A DNA stretch of 63,982 nucleotides, filler included, from Phoronis australis (GCA_002633005.1; 6 parts of 6 records of this genome joined end to end with filler, not necessarily neighbours in it), one strand, 5' to 3'; counted from the first letter of the whole stretch, positions 25,930-38,609 are shown. Program-made: numbers and translations. The notes: a model not told the origin generated them from the sequence alone.

Positions 25930-27255
25930 TTCTAATACATATGCATAGAAACTGTCGGGTGTCACCCTTTAGCAATTCTGTTCAGGGGACTTAATCCAAA
26001 ATGGCCGCCATGAGAATTGCGATATCAACTTGATCTCATTATGGTCGCTTCTAGATGTGACACAGACATGTAAGACATGTCCTTTCATATATTTTCAAGC
26101 ATTGGCAATCCGGCCCTACCACCCTCGCTAAATGCGAGAACTGAACCAAGATAGATCGCCACAAATGACCAAAATATAAATGTCTCTAACTGAATGTACA
26201 CCTGTTCACTGTGACACATGTATTCAGTCTTGACATAAAGAACATCCACCTATTACATCTATGAAAAACACAAATTACGCATGATATAAACGTGTTTTTC
26301 AGTGATCGAATCATGAAAACATAATTTCTCAAATCGTACAACAAGGCAGTATATATAATCCAAGTTACAATTTCGTCCTACTCATAGCGTAAGGCAGCAA
26401 AGTGCCAACATTCCAGTTGAAGCAAAATCCATTGTGACTCTCGCTGAAGACGATGCATGAAAGACTGGCACTCCTGCAATCACACCTAGATGAACTACAA
26501 GCTGCAGCACAGGCATGCCGCACCTGACGACATTGGCGACGCAGTAATAAAAAAGTGGTTAGCTACATGTACATGTACATGTATAGCCGCCCATAGATAA
26601 GTCGTAAGATTGCAGCAGGTGCAACGCTCACTGTCTCTGGAATTCGTTGGTACGAGAGATCTGTTTATCCTCATCTTTTGTCCATCCATACTCCTCGATA
26701 TCCAAGACTATAGCTCCCCACTTTTTGCAATCAATTTAGATACGTCTGAAATGCAATTAATCAGCTTTTTGTTGTGAAAAAATACTTATGGGCTAATAAA
26801 ATGCATAAACGACGTACAAATCTGTGACATGAAAATCCAGTTGAACAGAACCAGCAACTCGGAGAAATCCAACAAAATGAGTTACTTTTATCGACATTTC
26901 ATTTAGCTAAATACAAACACTGTGAGATTCCTCACCGGAAAGAGCTCACAATTTATTATCAGCATTGCATACCTTCGTTTCCAGTTCGACAATGTCGATG
27001 TTTAAAACCCAACAGCAGATACCGTATATGATCGTGCAATTTCTCAGGTATGTTTGTTGGCATGTTCAATATAGCCCATGAATACAAAGCAGTAGCAGCA
27101 AGCCACGTAGACACGGGCACATTGGCACAGCTGCGATCAACATCATAATTGCTCGTTGATTAAGTATATTTAGCCCAATTAAGAGTCCCCTGAACAAAAT
27201 TGCTCAGGGGTGACATTATGTCACTTGGCAGTTTCTGAAAATATATGTATTAGAT
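25930..27255 (-). mobile_element. Old AcademX-like element inside duplication copy 2
   Basis: Same inverted ends as 14885-16125. It also keeps a Cys-rich remnant NVVRCG..ACSSSRCDCRSASLSCIVF..CFN at about 26420-26545. Confidence 0.55.
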
Positions 27256-29119
27256 ATCGGTAATAAACAATAAAAAACTTCATACGCCAAAGTAATGTCA
27301 GGCCAATACATGCCGTTTGTGTGCCGGACTATAATTGATAGTTCCGACAAACAAAGTTTTTCCGGCCACTCCCACAAGTTACTGTTGCGGCTGTTCAACA
27401 AGCCCAAAAACAATAAGGCAAAATTCCTTTGCAAGTGTAGTACAGCAACAGATTCCCTACGATGTTTTTACCATACACTGTCGCTTAAACTATTGCCAAA
27501 ATTGGTCCTGCAAAATGAGCGAACTGCTTCACCGCAGTGTCAATTCCAATTATACTTGGTATAGCTCCGGTGTTTTCACCTTGTGACCGTGCCAGAGGGC
27601 TTAGTTCAAGTTTCTTCTGTGACTAGGTACATCTCCAAGTATTTGTTATTCAAAAAGTCCTCGCATTTGAAGTTCCCCATAGTATGACAATATTTATGTT
27701 CGGCACATATCTCGTAACGAACATAGACCGAGAGTCAGCGAAACCCTGACTGTTTCCTGAGATAAAAAGGAGAACTGAGTTGGCAAAAAAGTGTCTGGAA
27801 AGGTGAGCATATAAAAATCGTCATTTAATGAATAAGAAGGTGTTATGTCAAAGCTAAATGCAACTGAATACGGAGGGGGTGTAGAAAAATAAACATGTAC
27901 TAATATTAACAATGAGAGATATGAAAGGGACGCTAAAACTGTTCCCAGCCTTCTGTTAACTCCTGCCATTTTTCTATACAGTCTGGTGACGACATTCACT
28001 TCAAATTGCCAGTGACGGGGCAGTAGCGCGAAGGTTGTGGGTTAAAACTAAAAGCGGTGATGTCATGATAATTGTGCACTGGGTTTCGAGGGGAGACTTT
28101 GGTCCCTCAACAAATTATAAAACGCGATTCATACAGCGAGATCGATCTGCGTGTATAACACAGTGTTACTCACAATCTCTAAAATACACCATATCAGAGT
28201 GTAGCATGTGACTTTAAAACAGGCAGCTTTTACTTTTACAACAGACTGGTGTATGGGATACGAAATAGTCTCTTATTTAATTGTGATTTCTGTAAGAGTT
28301 GTGTAGTTAGTTGAGCGACATTACGTTATAGCCTAAAGAACTGTAGTCTGTAGCAATGTCTGCTCCAGCAGCTGCGAAAAGAATCCTGACTGCATGAATC
28401 ATTTTTGCCACTTATGACATGGAATTTGTAGTGTGCACCCAAAAAGCTGCCTTTAAGTTTGTTAGATAATTCTCATATAACTGGCACGAAAATAAAAAAT
28501 GTCCCCATGTATAAAATGGCAGCTAGTTAGCTGTTTTGAAGCTGCATGCTTGAGTCTGTTTTCGACTCCGAGATATACAGTGTATGTTTTACACCGGGAT
28601 TCCGATTTCGATGGACCACCCTGAGTTAGAACATTGAAGAACAAATGCTACTCAGCCGGGGGGAGATTGAGCATTCCGCCAGGTAAATTACTAATCCGCC
28701 AAGGTACATTGCCATGCCTGCCCGGGCAGATTAGAGTCCTGAGTCACCGTAGAGAATAGTACGTGAAGCAAAATTTTGAGGTTTCATTTGAATCCAATCA
28801 GCTATTTATAACATATGATTTTAAAGCTAGTCAAATTTGGACATTTTTATTTCTGGCTAATGCTTTTTGTGGTTATGTAGAATTTAAAAATCTGTACAAT
28901 ATGTTATAGTCGGAATTTAAATCCTGCCGATGCCTTAAACTAACAAAAACGACACAACTAGGCATCAACTCCGGACAAATATTAAGTCCTTGTCTGTTAT
29001 ATGCTTTGTAAAATTGTGTAATAGTGCACATTTTTTTTTCAAACAAAAGTCTTCCTCTCCCTCTCCCTCAGCCCCCTTCCTCATCCCCTCTCTGACGTTT
29101 ACCAATTCCTTTTTGCCAG

Positions 29120-29310
29120 AGTCTTCTCCAACGGATACCCACGTCGATTCTATATCCAGTACCTTCATAATACGTGCCCATACGATGTTGGGTGGCTGAT
29201 CGTTGTGGACAAGAGAGGTGGGTGTGATTTGTGGGATGATGACGTGCCTGGTACGCCGTGGTTCGCCTACAGCAAACTGACTAGAAGAGTCAACTGGTCC
29301 AAATCATGGC
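29120..29310 (+). CDS. Exon of the unnamed Cys/Trp-rich domain, copy 2
   Basis: gccag|a VFSNGYPRRFYIQYLHNTCPYDVGWLIVVDKRGGCDLWDDDVPGTPWFAYSKLTRRVNWSKSW c|gtaagt; same length and phases as copy 1. Confidence 0.75.
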
Positions 29311-30129
29311 GTAAGTCCGGTTGTTCATTGGGTATTTTTAAGTATGTCTGAACATGAACTTATCAATTTCACGGTAAACATGACGTGATTAAGTACTAGT
29401 CCACGAGAGCACCAGCCATGAGCGGCAAGGTGGGGGTCAGCCGATTTTCACCAAATTTGGCACATAGGTAGTCCTATGGGATCTATAAACAGCTGTAAAA
29501 TATTTCCTCAAAATATTGCGTTTTTCTAAAGTTATAGGCTCAAACACATTTTACGGCTTCGCAGCCATGTTTTCACGGTGTAAAAACTGTCCAGTTTTAA
29601 CTGTTCATATTTTTTCTTGAATGAAAGCTATTGATTTATTATTCACTTGGCATTGTTTAGTGGTGCCTGTAGATTGTTACAAAGATCTCTTGAAACACGA
29701 TTCCGATTTACCACCCTCATTTAGTAGATTTACTACACTGCCCCCCGTTATGCCATTTTGAGGTTGTGTTCAGTACACTGGTGTACCAAATCTGCCCCCA
29801 CTGTTATGAGAATGAAACTTAACCAAAATGTTGACAAAACATGTTACTTTCATTTCATAAAATAAAAACTTTGTCAGCCAGTTTATTAGTTATATATTTT
29901 GGCACCTCAAATGTACTAAAATGAGAAATTTTCATATATCTGAGATCGATGCGTGAGCACCGTAAAATCCGATTGTCCTTCATGTTTTTCGATATTTTGC
30001 AACAAGTTAGTTCCTCCTGAATGTTTTGAACGTTTTACTACTGATCACTTAGGGCTATAGTACCCCTAAATACCATACATGGCTCCATTTTGTAAAAAGC
30101 CGATTATGTCCTCCACAGTGAACAGGGTT

Positions 30130-30229
30130 NNNNNNNNNNNNNNNNNNNNNNNNNNNNNNNNNNNNNNNNNNNNTTAATTAATTAANNNNNNNNNNNNNNN
30201 NNNNNNNNNNNNNNNNNNNNNNNNNNNNN
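30130..30229. other. Artificial contig linker
   Basis: 44 N + TTAATTAATTAA + 44 N. Confidence 0.95.
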
Positions 30230-30479
30230 GCTGACTCGATTTACTCACATTGTGGCAGTGCATATTTGGCGTCAGTGAGGAGAGCCAGGGAGCGGCAGTA
30301 TTGAGGTATTTTTCATGGTGTTTTCGTATTTGGTATTGCCGAATTTGCATTTGTCTGTATCTGTGAGGTTTGCTATGCATTTTGTTTTTTTTTTATTTTT
30401 AGAACTGAAACAGAGAAGAACTGTGAAAATGTCAATGAGAAATGTTTCACGTCTCTCAATAAAGCTCTTTAAAAAGATG

Positions 30480-30927
30480 TAACTCTTCTTGACTTGCCAA
30501 GCACTCACAGACCTACTTGATGAAAATAACAGGTTTTACTAATTTACTGAATTTAAAAAGATCTTGAATATTCCTACACACTTTTTGGAATATTGATCTC
30601 TGATTGAGTCTATTAGATTGTTTCTGAGGAGTACACCATTACAAATGCAGTTAATTAAGATATATGGACCAATAATACCGTTTAATATCCGTAATTTTTT
30701 AAAATGCCCGTCAATATGTGAAATGGTATATGGAATTGTTTGCCAGAACAAAATTTTGCCTATTGCCCAAAAAAGATTTCAAGAAGAAGGTTATGATTTT
30801 CGAAGTGATGACTGGAAAAATTATATTCATTGTCTTTTAAAACTACTTATGATTTCAAGGTATGTACGCTGCAGTTTAAACTATTACATAGAATACTTGT
30901 AACGAACTCCTTTTATAAAAAAATTAA
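30480..30927 (+). mobile_element. Tx1/L1-type LINE 3' fragment, left part
   Basis: ..DDWKNY / KTTYDFKVCTLQFKLLHRILVTNSF, the zf-RVT lead-in motif QFKxLHRxLxTN. Confidence 0.75.
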
Positions 30928-32245
30928 AGGCGAAGGCAACCTTTTTTCATGTCACTTTTAGCAAAAATAAGGTCTGTTGATTATCTCAGAAATATTTTTC
31001 ACTTAATTACAGCTTTTCATAATTTAATTAATTTCTCGTCCTTTACTCTGGAAGTGACGTTTTGGGAGGCAAGAATTTCACGCCAATTTCTTTTCATACA
31101 GTCAGACTGTGGGAGCTGTCAAGTCAGTCATTGTTATACCTCGGATGTGATGAGTTCGATCGTCGTTTGCTGTTTTTACGAGTCAATCAACATGCCACGC
31201 TGTTGCTGCGTACCAAGATGTACTCATTATCGTCTCACACGCGCTTTGGGTACCTTGCATCGCTTTCCAAAGGATGACACACTTCGCCGTACTTGGCTAG
31301 CTCGTTCGTGTGAAGAACGCAGCGCTACCCGCTCACGCAACGTACAAAGCAGTGACAAGCATTTTCAGCCGTCAGATTGCGACAGAGATATGTACGCTGA
31401 ATTGATGAAGGCCCCTGCGAAACAACGCCTGAAGAAGGGTTCCATACCGTCCCTGCTGATTCCTGGCAGTGCCCCGTTTCCACCCCCGAGAAGTGCGTTT
31501 TTGAAGCGAGAAGCCTCGCGAGCTGTGGCCATTATAAACAGTGACTGGAGGCGCTTCATCTACTGTCATCCATGCCTCCGAACGTACCCCATAGCGTGCA
31601 ATTCCAGGAACTACTGAGCAGTGATTCCCCGTGTGCTGTTGTCTCTAGCGCAGAGGCTATAAGCAGCCCTGCAGCGATGTTGAGTAGTGAGAGTGAATAC
31701 AGGCCCAGTTTGACACCCAGTGAAAAGTATAGTTCGTCATCCAATGAACAGATCGCTGAGCCTAAGTTTGATCAGTTTATTGTGGACTTGTATTGGAGCT
31801 AGTTAGAAGGTGTCACGTGTGTGACGAGGGAGTCGCACGGCGGGACTTTGTATGCAGTTTGGGAGCTCAAGTCACCATCCACTGGGAGTGTTTAGCGGTA
31901 CACTCGGGCAAGTGGGACAGTTCTTCCTCTGTACGTGAGACGATAATGAGTACAAGTCGGTAGGCAGCAACAGCGTGGCATGTTGACTAACTCGTAAACA
32001 AGAGCAAACGACGACCGAACTTATCACCACCGAGGTAGAACAATCACTGATTCGACTGCTCTCACAGTCCGACTGCATGAAAAGAAATTGGCGCGAAATT
32101 CTTGCCTCCCAAAACGTCACTTCCGGAGTAGACGACGAGTAATTCATTAAATTAAGAAAAGCTGTAAATAAGTGAAAAATATGTCTGGGATAATCAACGA
32201 ACCCTATTTTTGCTAAAAATGACATGAAAAGGGTTGCCTTCGCCT
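30928..32245 (+). mobile_element. Non-autonomous Kolobok DNA transposon with ~310-bp TIRs
   Basis: TTAA|AGGCGAAGGCAACC...GGTTGCCTTCGCCT|TTAA, with a THAP-encoding interior. TTAA TSD, AG termini and THAP together are characteristic of Kolobok. Confidence 0.9.
31192..31617 (+). pseudogene. THAP domain of the Kolobok transposase (no DDE core)
   Basis: MPRCCCVPRC..LHRFPKDDTLRRTWL..SDKHF..RLKKGSIPSL; the third zinc Cys reads Ser. Downstream remnant EYRPS..KFDQFIV..CHVC. Confidence 0.8.
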
Positions 32246-32710
32246 TTAAGCTGGTGGACTCTGATGTATATACTTTCTGCCATTCACGAAGTGAAACAGT
32301 GGATCACATCCTTTTCGAATGCAATAATATAAAAATATTGATAGGAGAATTACGCAGTTGGGTGTTGTTGGTGAAAGGTATAAATGTAATGAAAATAAAG
32401 TTTTAAATTGCATACTTTTGCAATTAAAGCATTTTATTTACGTATCTAGATGCAAAAAATATCTCCAGTTTCTGTCATTTCCTTAAGATATTAAGAAAGC
32501 GAATTTTACATTCAAAGAAGAATTTTATGAAATAATGGTAATTTAGATGAATACCATAAAACCTGGAGAAACTGGTTAACCATAACTTTTGCCTGACAAC
32601 ATCCTACTAANGTGTGGGCGTGTGGCGTGTATGTTAAGAGTGAGAATGGCTTGTTTTTTGTCTTACATGTCTTTGTATTTCTGTTCTGTATACCAATAAA
32701 AAAACAAAAA
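32246..32710 (+). mobile_element. Tx1/L1-type LINE 3' fragment, right part with A-rich tail
   Basis: KLVDSDVYTFCHSRSETVDHILFEC continues KKI across the TTAA site; ends aataaaaaaacaaaaa. Confidence 0.8.
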
Positions 32711-34202
32711 TAGACCTTTCTCAGGGCCAAAGGGCATGTGTGCTTTGCAGCATTTTATCGCAGTGACAAAGGCGAGCGTGATTCTTCGAAATCAGGGCCT
32801 CGGACCCGGGCGGGCCCAACCCGGCTAGTAAGTAACTAAATAAGATGTTTATTTTACACCGGCATAGAACAGGTTAACAGCAAAACAGCAGCACAAGTGC
32901 TAGTGACAAATATAAAATGAGAAATTAATATGTACATAAGAGGTAGAAGGACTATGTATAGAAAGTGTACAAAGATACATGACTTATCAAGCATCAAAAG
33001 ACATTATTTGACAGCCTAGGCAAAGTTGGCATTCACAAGCTTGGTGTATATGGCGACCTAACTCATTAATAAAGGTATTAATTAAGATCTTGGCAACATC
33101 AGGTAACTTGTTCCATAACGCTACGAAAATCGCCAGGTTGCATTTTGCGACCAAGCCAAAATCCCAGGTCGCATTTTCAAAATTCAGCTCGCATTCATCA
33201 AGGCCAGGTCGCAAAATATTCCCGCCATTTGTACGCGCCAAAATAGCTTTTTTAGATCACCGAGAAAATGTTTATATTATGCTCTTACCTGCGGCGTTAA
33301 ATACAAATTTCGGGTCGCCAAATTGAGTTCTTACATGAAGGTACGGCGTTACTGTTCTTCACAATCAACATTCAAAGGCTGTTGCCGACGTGAAAGTTGA
33401 ATCAGTGCTCTCTAACCGACAGGTGCATTCGAGTAGATAAGTTTGCAATGTGAAAAGAGAGAAAATATTCGTTGAAAAAGCATCCGCGATTTTGCTAGGT
33501 CTGACCTGCCATATGACTGTCATCAATGTCATTAAAGATCCAAATTAACTCTGAGTGAAATCTCCCTCCATTTTTTATTCGCAGCCCAAACTTTGCAACT
33601 TAACTCGACGTTTGAAAAACATCCTGTCCAAAGAAATCCGTGAAACGTTGCCCTCGCCGAATGACGTATGGGGATGCGCGGGTACAAATCAGGGCAAATG
33701 TCACAACAAAAATGCTGTACTTAGCTGTTTAAGTGCTCAAAAATTAGTTTTCCATGAAATGAAAAGCCTCGAAATAATTCCCGATTCCGTGCGGATTCAA
33801 TCGGGTAATTCAAGTTTGCTCCTCGATCAATACCTTCCATGTTTGGGAAAAATAGGTCAGTCACAAAACGACACACATGTCACTAGTCTTACTTTCTTTT
33901 GGAGGCATAAAACAAAGTCGGGGTTGCTTTTTACACACTGAGAAAAGACGTTTTCTTTGGAGACTGAATTTGTTGTGGAAAATGAGAGTGAATCACTATA
34001 TACATGTATAGGCTGTGTGTCAATTTCAAACCACCTGCGGTCATTTGTAGTGCGCTATGATGGGCGCTAGCCTGAACGTAACGCTTAATTGGAAACTCTC
34101 AAAAGTTTAGAAGGGACGCTTAGTAGAGTGGTGAGCACTTATTATGAAACACTTCAATAGTAAGCAGTATATGGGCACAATTTCACATCCGAGTCTGCCC
34201 AT

Positions 34203-34420
34203 TTAGTTGCAATAGCTGGCTACGGGCATTGATCCATCGGACCCGGGGAACATATCGGAACAGGAAAATATAGGTTCTGGGTTACATCGCTTCCGAGGAA
34301 TATCGTAAAGCATCGGGTCTTTCTTAACCACCGGGAATCTATTAAATTCATTGTCAAATAAACAATTGGCACCCGAGTGCTTAACAAAGCCAAGTCGATA
34401 TACTCTATCATTTCGGAATG
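34203..34420 (-). pseudogene. Possible further THAP remnant
   Basis: FNRFPVVKKDP..CSDMFPG resembles the THAP FP and CSxHF motifs, but the key W and H are missing. Confidence 0.3.
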
Positions 34421-34632
34421 TCACTGTTCTCTTTTGATGTACAGCTTTGGAGTGGTGCGCCAGCGTGAGTTCAGGCACTTGAATCGCTGGAGTAGGCATA
34501 CACTTTACGTTGGCAATAACACGTGACAGACGACTTGTATGTAAAGACGTGGCCGTCGGCGATTAATACTGTCAAGGTTGTCATTTTTACGTTTGTTGTC
34601 TTTTGGGATAAAAAACGAGACACGTTTCCAAG

Positions 34633-35566
34633 CAGTGGTGGATTTAGGATATCACAAGGGGGGGGCAACATTTTGTCCGGTTGTAAGCATTTGCGCCAAC
34701 TACGATTGTAGATGCGTACAGCACCGAATGGGGGGAGGGGGATCCCTCCCGCCCAGGAAAATTTTCTGTTTTTCCTCTAAAAATCAAGCATTTTCCTTGA
34801 TTCCTGAAGTATTATCCAAGAAAAAAGGCAAAAAAAAACACGGAGAATGTGTCAAAAAGGACAAACCGCATGTACCTCAGACTCGAACTCACGACCTGGC
34901 GGATAGAGCGCGAGTGCTTTACCACTACACCACCACGATTTTTAAATCGTTAAAACTACTAACCGTATACTAAGAGACCTACTTGTTCATGGTCCACAGC
35001 GTTAGCGCGCGAAACCAACTTCTTTTTGTTTTGCTTATTACACGTTTTATATTTTGTGCAATCGGTTCTTGACAAAATTGTTGTATTTAAAATAGTCTTC
35101 AAATACCCAAAAGACCAAATCCGTTTTTCGTGTTGGCAAAAATGACGGAGCTGCTTTGAAAATCGTCTTAAGTTAAGGTTTGACAAAGAGAGAATTATGA
35201 ATTTCTGAGTGATTCACTAAGGCTTCGATTAAAATTCACATCTTACCAGCAGCTTCTGTTTTTTCATCGTCACTCAGGATCCATTTTCTTTAAAAATGAA
35301 GTAAATTTTCTTCATTGCACAGTGGAGCAGACGACGGAAACGGGGTCGTAGTGCGCAGCGCCACTGCCGGTCGCCTGGGATTTCGCGGGAGAGCCTAAAC
35401 TTAGCCATCGTTCCGTTACGATTGCGCCGTGTTCCGAATTTGACACTTGAAATTGGGTCTGAGCCCACCCCCAACTCAACATTTCCCTACGCTCTTGCTG
35501 TTTTATTTTTTGCGGCAGCCAAGGGGGGGGGGAGCGAGCCCGCTNCCCCCCCTAAATCTGCCTATG
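34633..35566 (-). mobile_element. hAT-like MITE family X, copy C (both ends visible)
   Basis: CAGTGGTGGATTTAGG...CCTAAATCTGCCTATG imperfect TIRs; reverse complement of copies A and B; no clean TSD. Confidence 0.82.
34873..34938 (-). promoter_or_regulatory. tRNA-derived Pol III A/B-box cassette in MITE X copy C
   Basis: cgTGGTGTAGTGG-like A box with a D-arm stem (gtgt..gcac), then gaGTTCGAGTC, then a T5 run. Confidence 0.6.
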
Positions 35567-36002
35567 CAGCCAACTAGCAGTACCCGCCCTAGAGCTGCCA
35601 ATTCAGCACAGGTTTTTCGTGGCTGATCCGTAGACCCCTAAACCTTTGACCGAAATGTCATTTTTAAACAGCGCGGAATTGTGGTATTGTTTAATTCTTT
35701 CACACTTATTTTCCTGCCATGTTGAAGTAAAAAAATGATTTTGAATGGACCCGCCCTGCAAATGCATGGACAGCCGTCGGGAGAGGGAACTTACCGTGGG
35801 TCCAACGCTAGCGACTGGCCTGGCTTGGGAATCATCATGGATAACCTCAAAACCAACAAAACTAGTGCAGGAACCCATTCAAGGAAAGAAATGGGATGCG
35901 TTCAATAGTCAACATCTTGTAAGTTTGCCGAGACGTTACGAGCCTCCGTGGAATATCTCCATGTATCACATGCGAGGCGTCTCGTGAAGCAAGCCTCCCG
36001 TT

Positions 36003-36123
36003 CAGTAACGCTAGGACCTCGCTAAAAGGCAAGACTTCGCGAGATTACGTGAGATATTGCCGTGTATTTTAAATGAGAACACGTGACTTTGACAAGGTTT
36101 TAGCTAGGTCCTAGCGTCTACTG
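36003..36123. mobile_element. Small MITE/foldback
   Basis: cagtaacgctaggacctcgctaaaa pairs with ttttagctaggtcctagcgtctactg. Confidence 0.65.
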
Positions 36124-36623
36124 AGCGCACACAAGCTTTTTTGAACGGCATATAACTGTCTCTAGGCAACGTTCCAGGGTTCAACCCACAAAGATTGCTT
36201 AGTAACCATTAACTGATTGACATGAGTTAGAAAAAAAAAAAAACACGAGAATTAGTTAACACAATGAATTTATTTTATATTTCAATAGTCAATAAGTTTA
36301 TCACAAATAATATCAACGAATTGAATCAAGTTGACCGTGAACATGGTTTGTATACAATACGGGATCATGGTCATAATTGTTCATTTAAGAAACTTGATCA
36401 TCCAAGCCACAATGTTTCAAAGTTAATTAGATTTCCGAATCCACCCAAGTATTGATTTAGATCACAACCAATGTGAAAATGGTCTCAAATTACCCCTACT
36501 CCTTCGTTGATTAAGAAGTGATTTCAGTGCTTGGAAAAAATGGACAGTTTATTATTGCTTGAAACCAAGCCAAGTCTCTGACACAGCGCCACCTACACTG
36601 AAAACTGACCCTACCTTTCGTAC

Positions 36624-37098
36624 CACGGTGAAAGAGTGTGTGTCCCGTATTGGAATCGGCGACAGTAGACCTTTAAAGTTGGTAGAAAATACGTGGAAAC
36701 TTAAGAGCATATTTTAGCATGATCTGTTTTTATGTAGCAATATTCAAATTCGTCGAAAATGTTCTGGTAGAAGTTAAATTTTAACAATTATTTGCCTTGC
36801 ACTCCTGCAACTCGGAATAGTCGCCATTTTGAATTTAGCCTCGATCAATCTCGCACAAAGATTGAGGATTAATAGCTTCACGACGTTGTGGGTGTCCGTT
36901 TTATATTAAAAATATGAAAGGAAACCTCCATTTTATGAAAACATAGCGAATTATAAAGTTTTGTAGTCAATTTATCGTTTTAAAGCATTATTCCAATACG
37001 GGCCGCCCGTATTGGAATTCCAATACGGGCCGTGCCCGTATTGGAATATTCCAATACGGGCCAGATTCCAATACGGGCTGGAGCAACGGAACACCATG
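36624..37098. mobile_element. MITE-like element with reiterated CCCGTATTGGAAT subterminal motif
   Basis: CACGGTG and CACCATG ends; the motif occurs once at 36643 and six times in both orientations at 36990-37077; no TSD seen. Confidence 0.5.
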
Positions 37099-38509
37099 AG
37101 CTCAATGAAGAAAATAAATATGATCTGTCAGATGTTTCAAATTCCAGGGATCACTTCTGAACTGAGTGAAAAAATAAGAAAAGAAAAATTTTTATAACTT
37201 GCCTAAACCAAAACGTGTTTTTGACAGAAAGGATACATTCAAGGCCACTTTAAAAATACATAACTGTCACGGTGACAAACTCGTGAGAAATAGTCGAAGA
37301 AACCCTAATTTAACCATGAAGTGTATGACCACTGCTCTCAATTAAAAACATAAATGGACTAAAATGTCGATCAATCATCCAATATCAGATAACTGAAATA
37401 AATACATTAACAGTATATAACTGGATAATACAGCACAACACTGAGAATGGTTAAATAACTCAGAACAATCGGAAAATTCATAACAAAAAATTACAGGCAA
37501 CAACTTTCACTGGATGACGATACCAGCTTCCTCTCGATTCAATTACACAGCTTTCTCTCAACTTCTTTGTCTGGTAGACACAAGTAATTATTCGTTGTTT
37601 CTGTTCATTCTAATGTGCAAGCCAAGAGGTTAGTGATGTTAAATACACAATCACCAGTATTTAAAATCAGGTACAAAATAGCATCTCATCAAACATATTT
37701 ATTACAAACCTAAACAGCTTCTAATGGTCATCTCAATTACATAAGTTTACAATACTTCTTTTAGCTATTCAGCTAATAATGACTTGTGGACAAACTATTA
37801 GAGACAAATCTTGAGCTTCACATCAGGGAGGGGTGTGCGAATGAATTTAGCCCCTCCCCATTCCCCATCCGCCACACTGATACTCTTTCCATTTTATTTT
37901 AATAATCAAAACATTTTTAAACAGTTTTCTAAGTAAACCAATTATAATTAAGCTTACTCCCTCTCAATTTATAAAAAATTGCTTTAAGTTTGACGGTGTA
38001 CCACATAATGTGTGGTAGTTAAACGACCCTTAATTTCATTTTTTTCAAATTTGAGAAAAAAATGCAAATGTATAGATGGCAGTAGTTTATGAATCCTCTT
38101 GCTCTAAAGATACCTCAAGACTAGTGAAACTCCCATGTTCTAAATTGCTGAAAAGGAGTATCCTTTAATAGACATATCTCCTCCTCATCGCATAGGCATG
38201 CTCAGAGCTGCCGTTTCATATTTCAAATTTCTATCACAACACCTCTTCAAAAACTTCAACTGTTTGACTTTCCACTTTAAAAAGTTCAGAAGGGCCAGTA
38301 ATGAAATTTCATTACCAAAAATTTTTGCAAAAACTGACATTTTCCAATTTTGCGAAAGCTCTTTACATAACAAAATAATAATTTTTCAACAAAACTTTAG
38401 AAAATTTTAGTTTGCCTTATGATTTGCAGACTATAATTTCCAAAATACAACATTTTGTTAATTTCAGGCATTTGAAGCTATGGGGTGCAAATAATAAAGT
38501 CCCACAAAT

Positions 38510-38609
38510 NNNNNNNNNNNNNNNNNNNNNNNNNNNNNNNNNNNNNNNNNNNNTTAATTAATTAANNNNNNNNNNNNNNNNNNNNNNNNNNNNNNNNNNN
38601 NNNNNNNNN
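38510..38609. other. Artificial contig linker
   Basis: 44 N + TTAATTAATTAA + 44 N. Confidence 0.95.

Larger units (their letters stand above)
25044..29392 (+). repeat. Direct segmental duplication, copy 2
   Basis: Colinear with 14043-18058; similarity stops at gtgattaa, where an unrelated element starts. Confidence 0.95.
29396..32828. mobile_element. Possible CTAG-ended (Helitron/Helentron-like) element spanning a linker and hosting the LINE and Kolobok
   Basis: TAAGTA|CTAG at the left and hairpin ccggg..cccgg CTAG|TAAGTA at the right. Continuity across the 30130-30229 linker is unproven. Confidence 0.35.
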
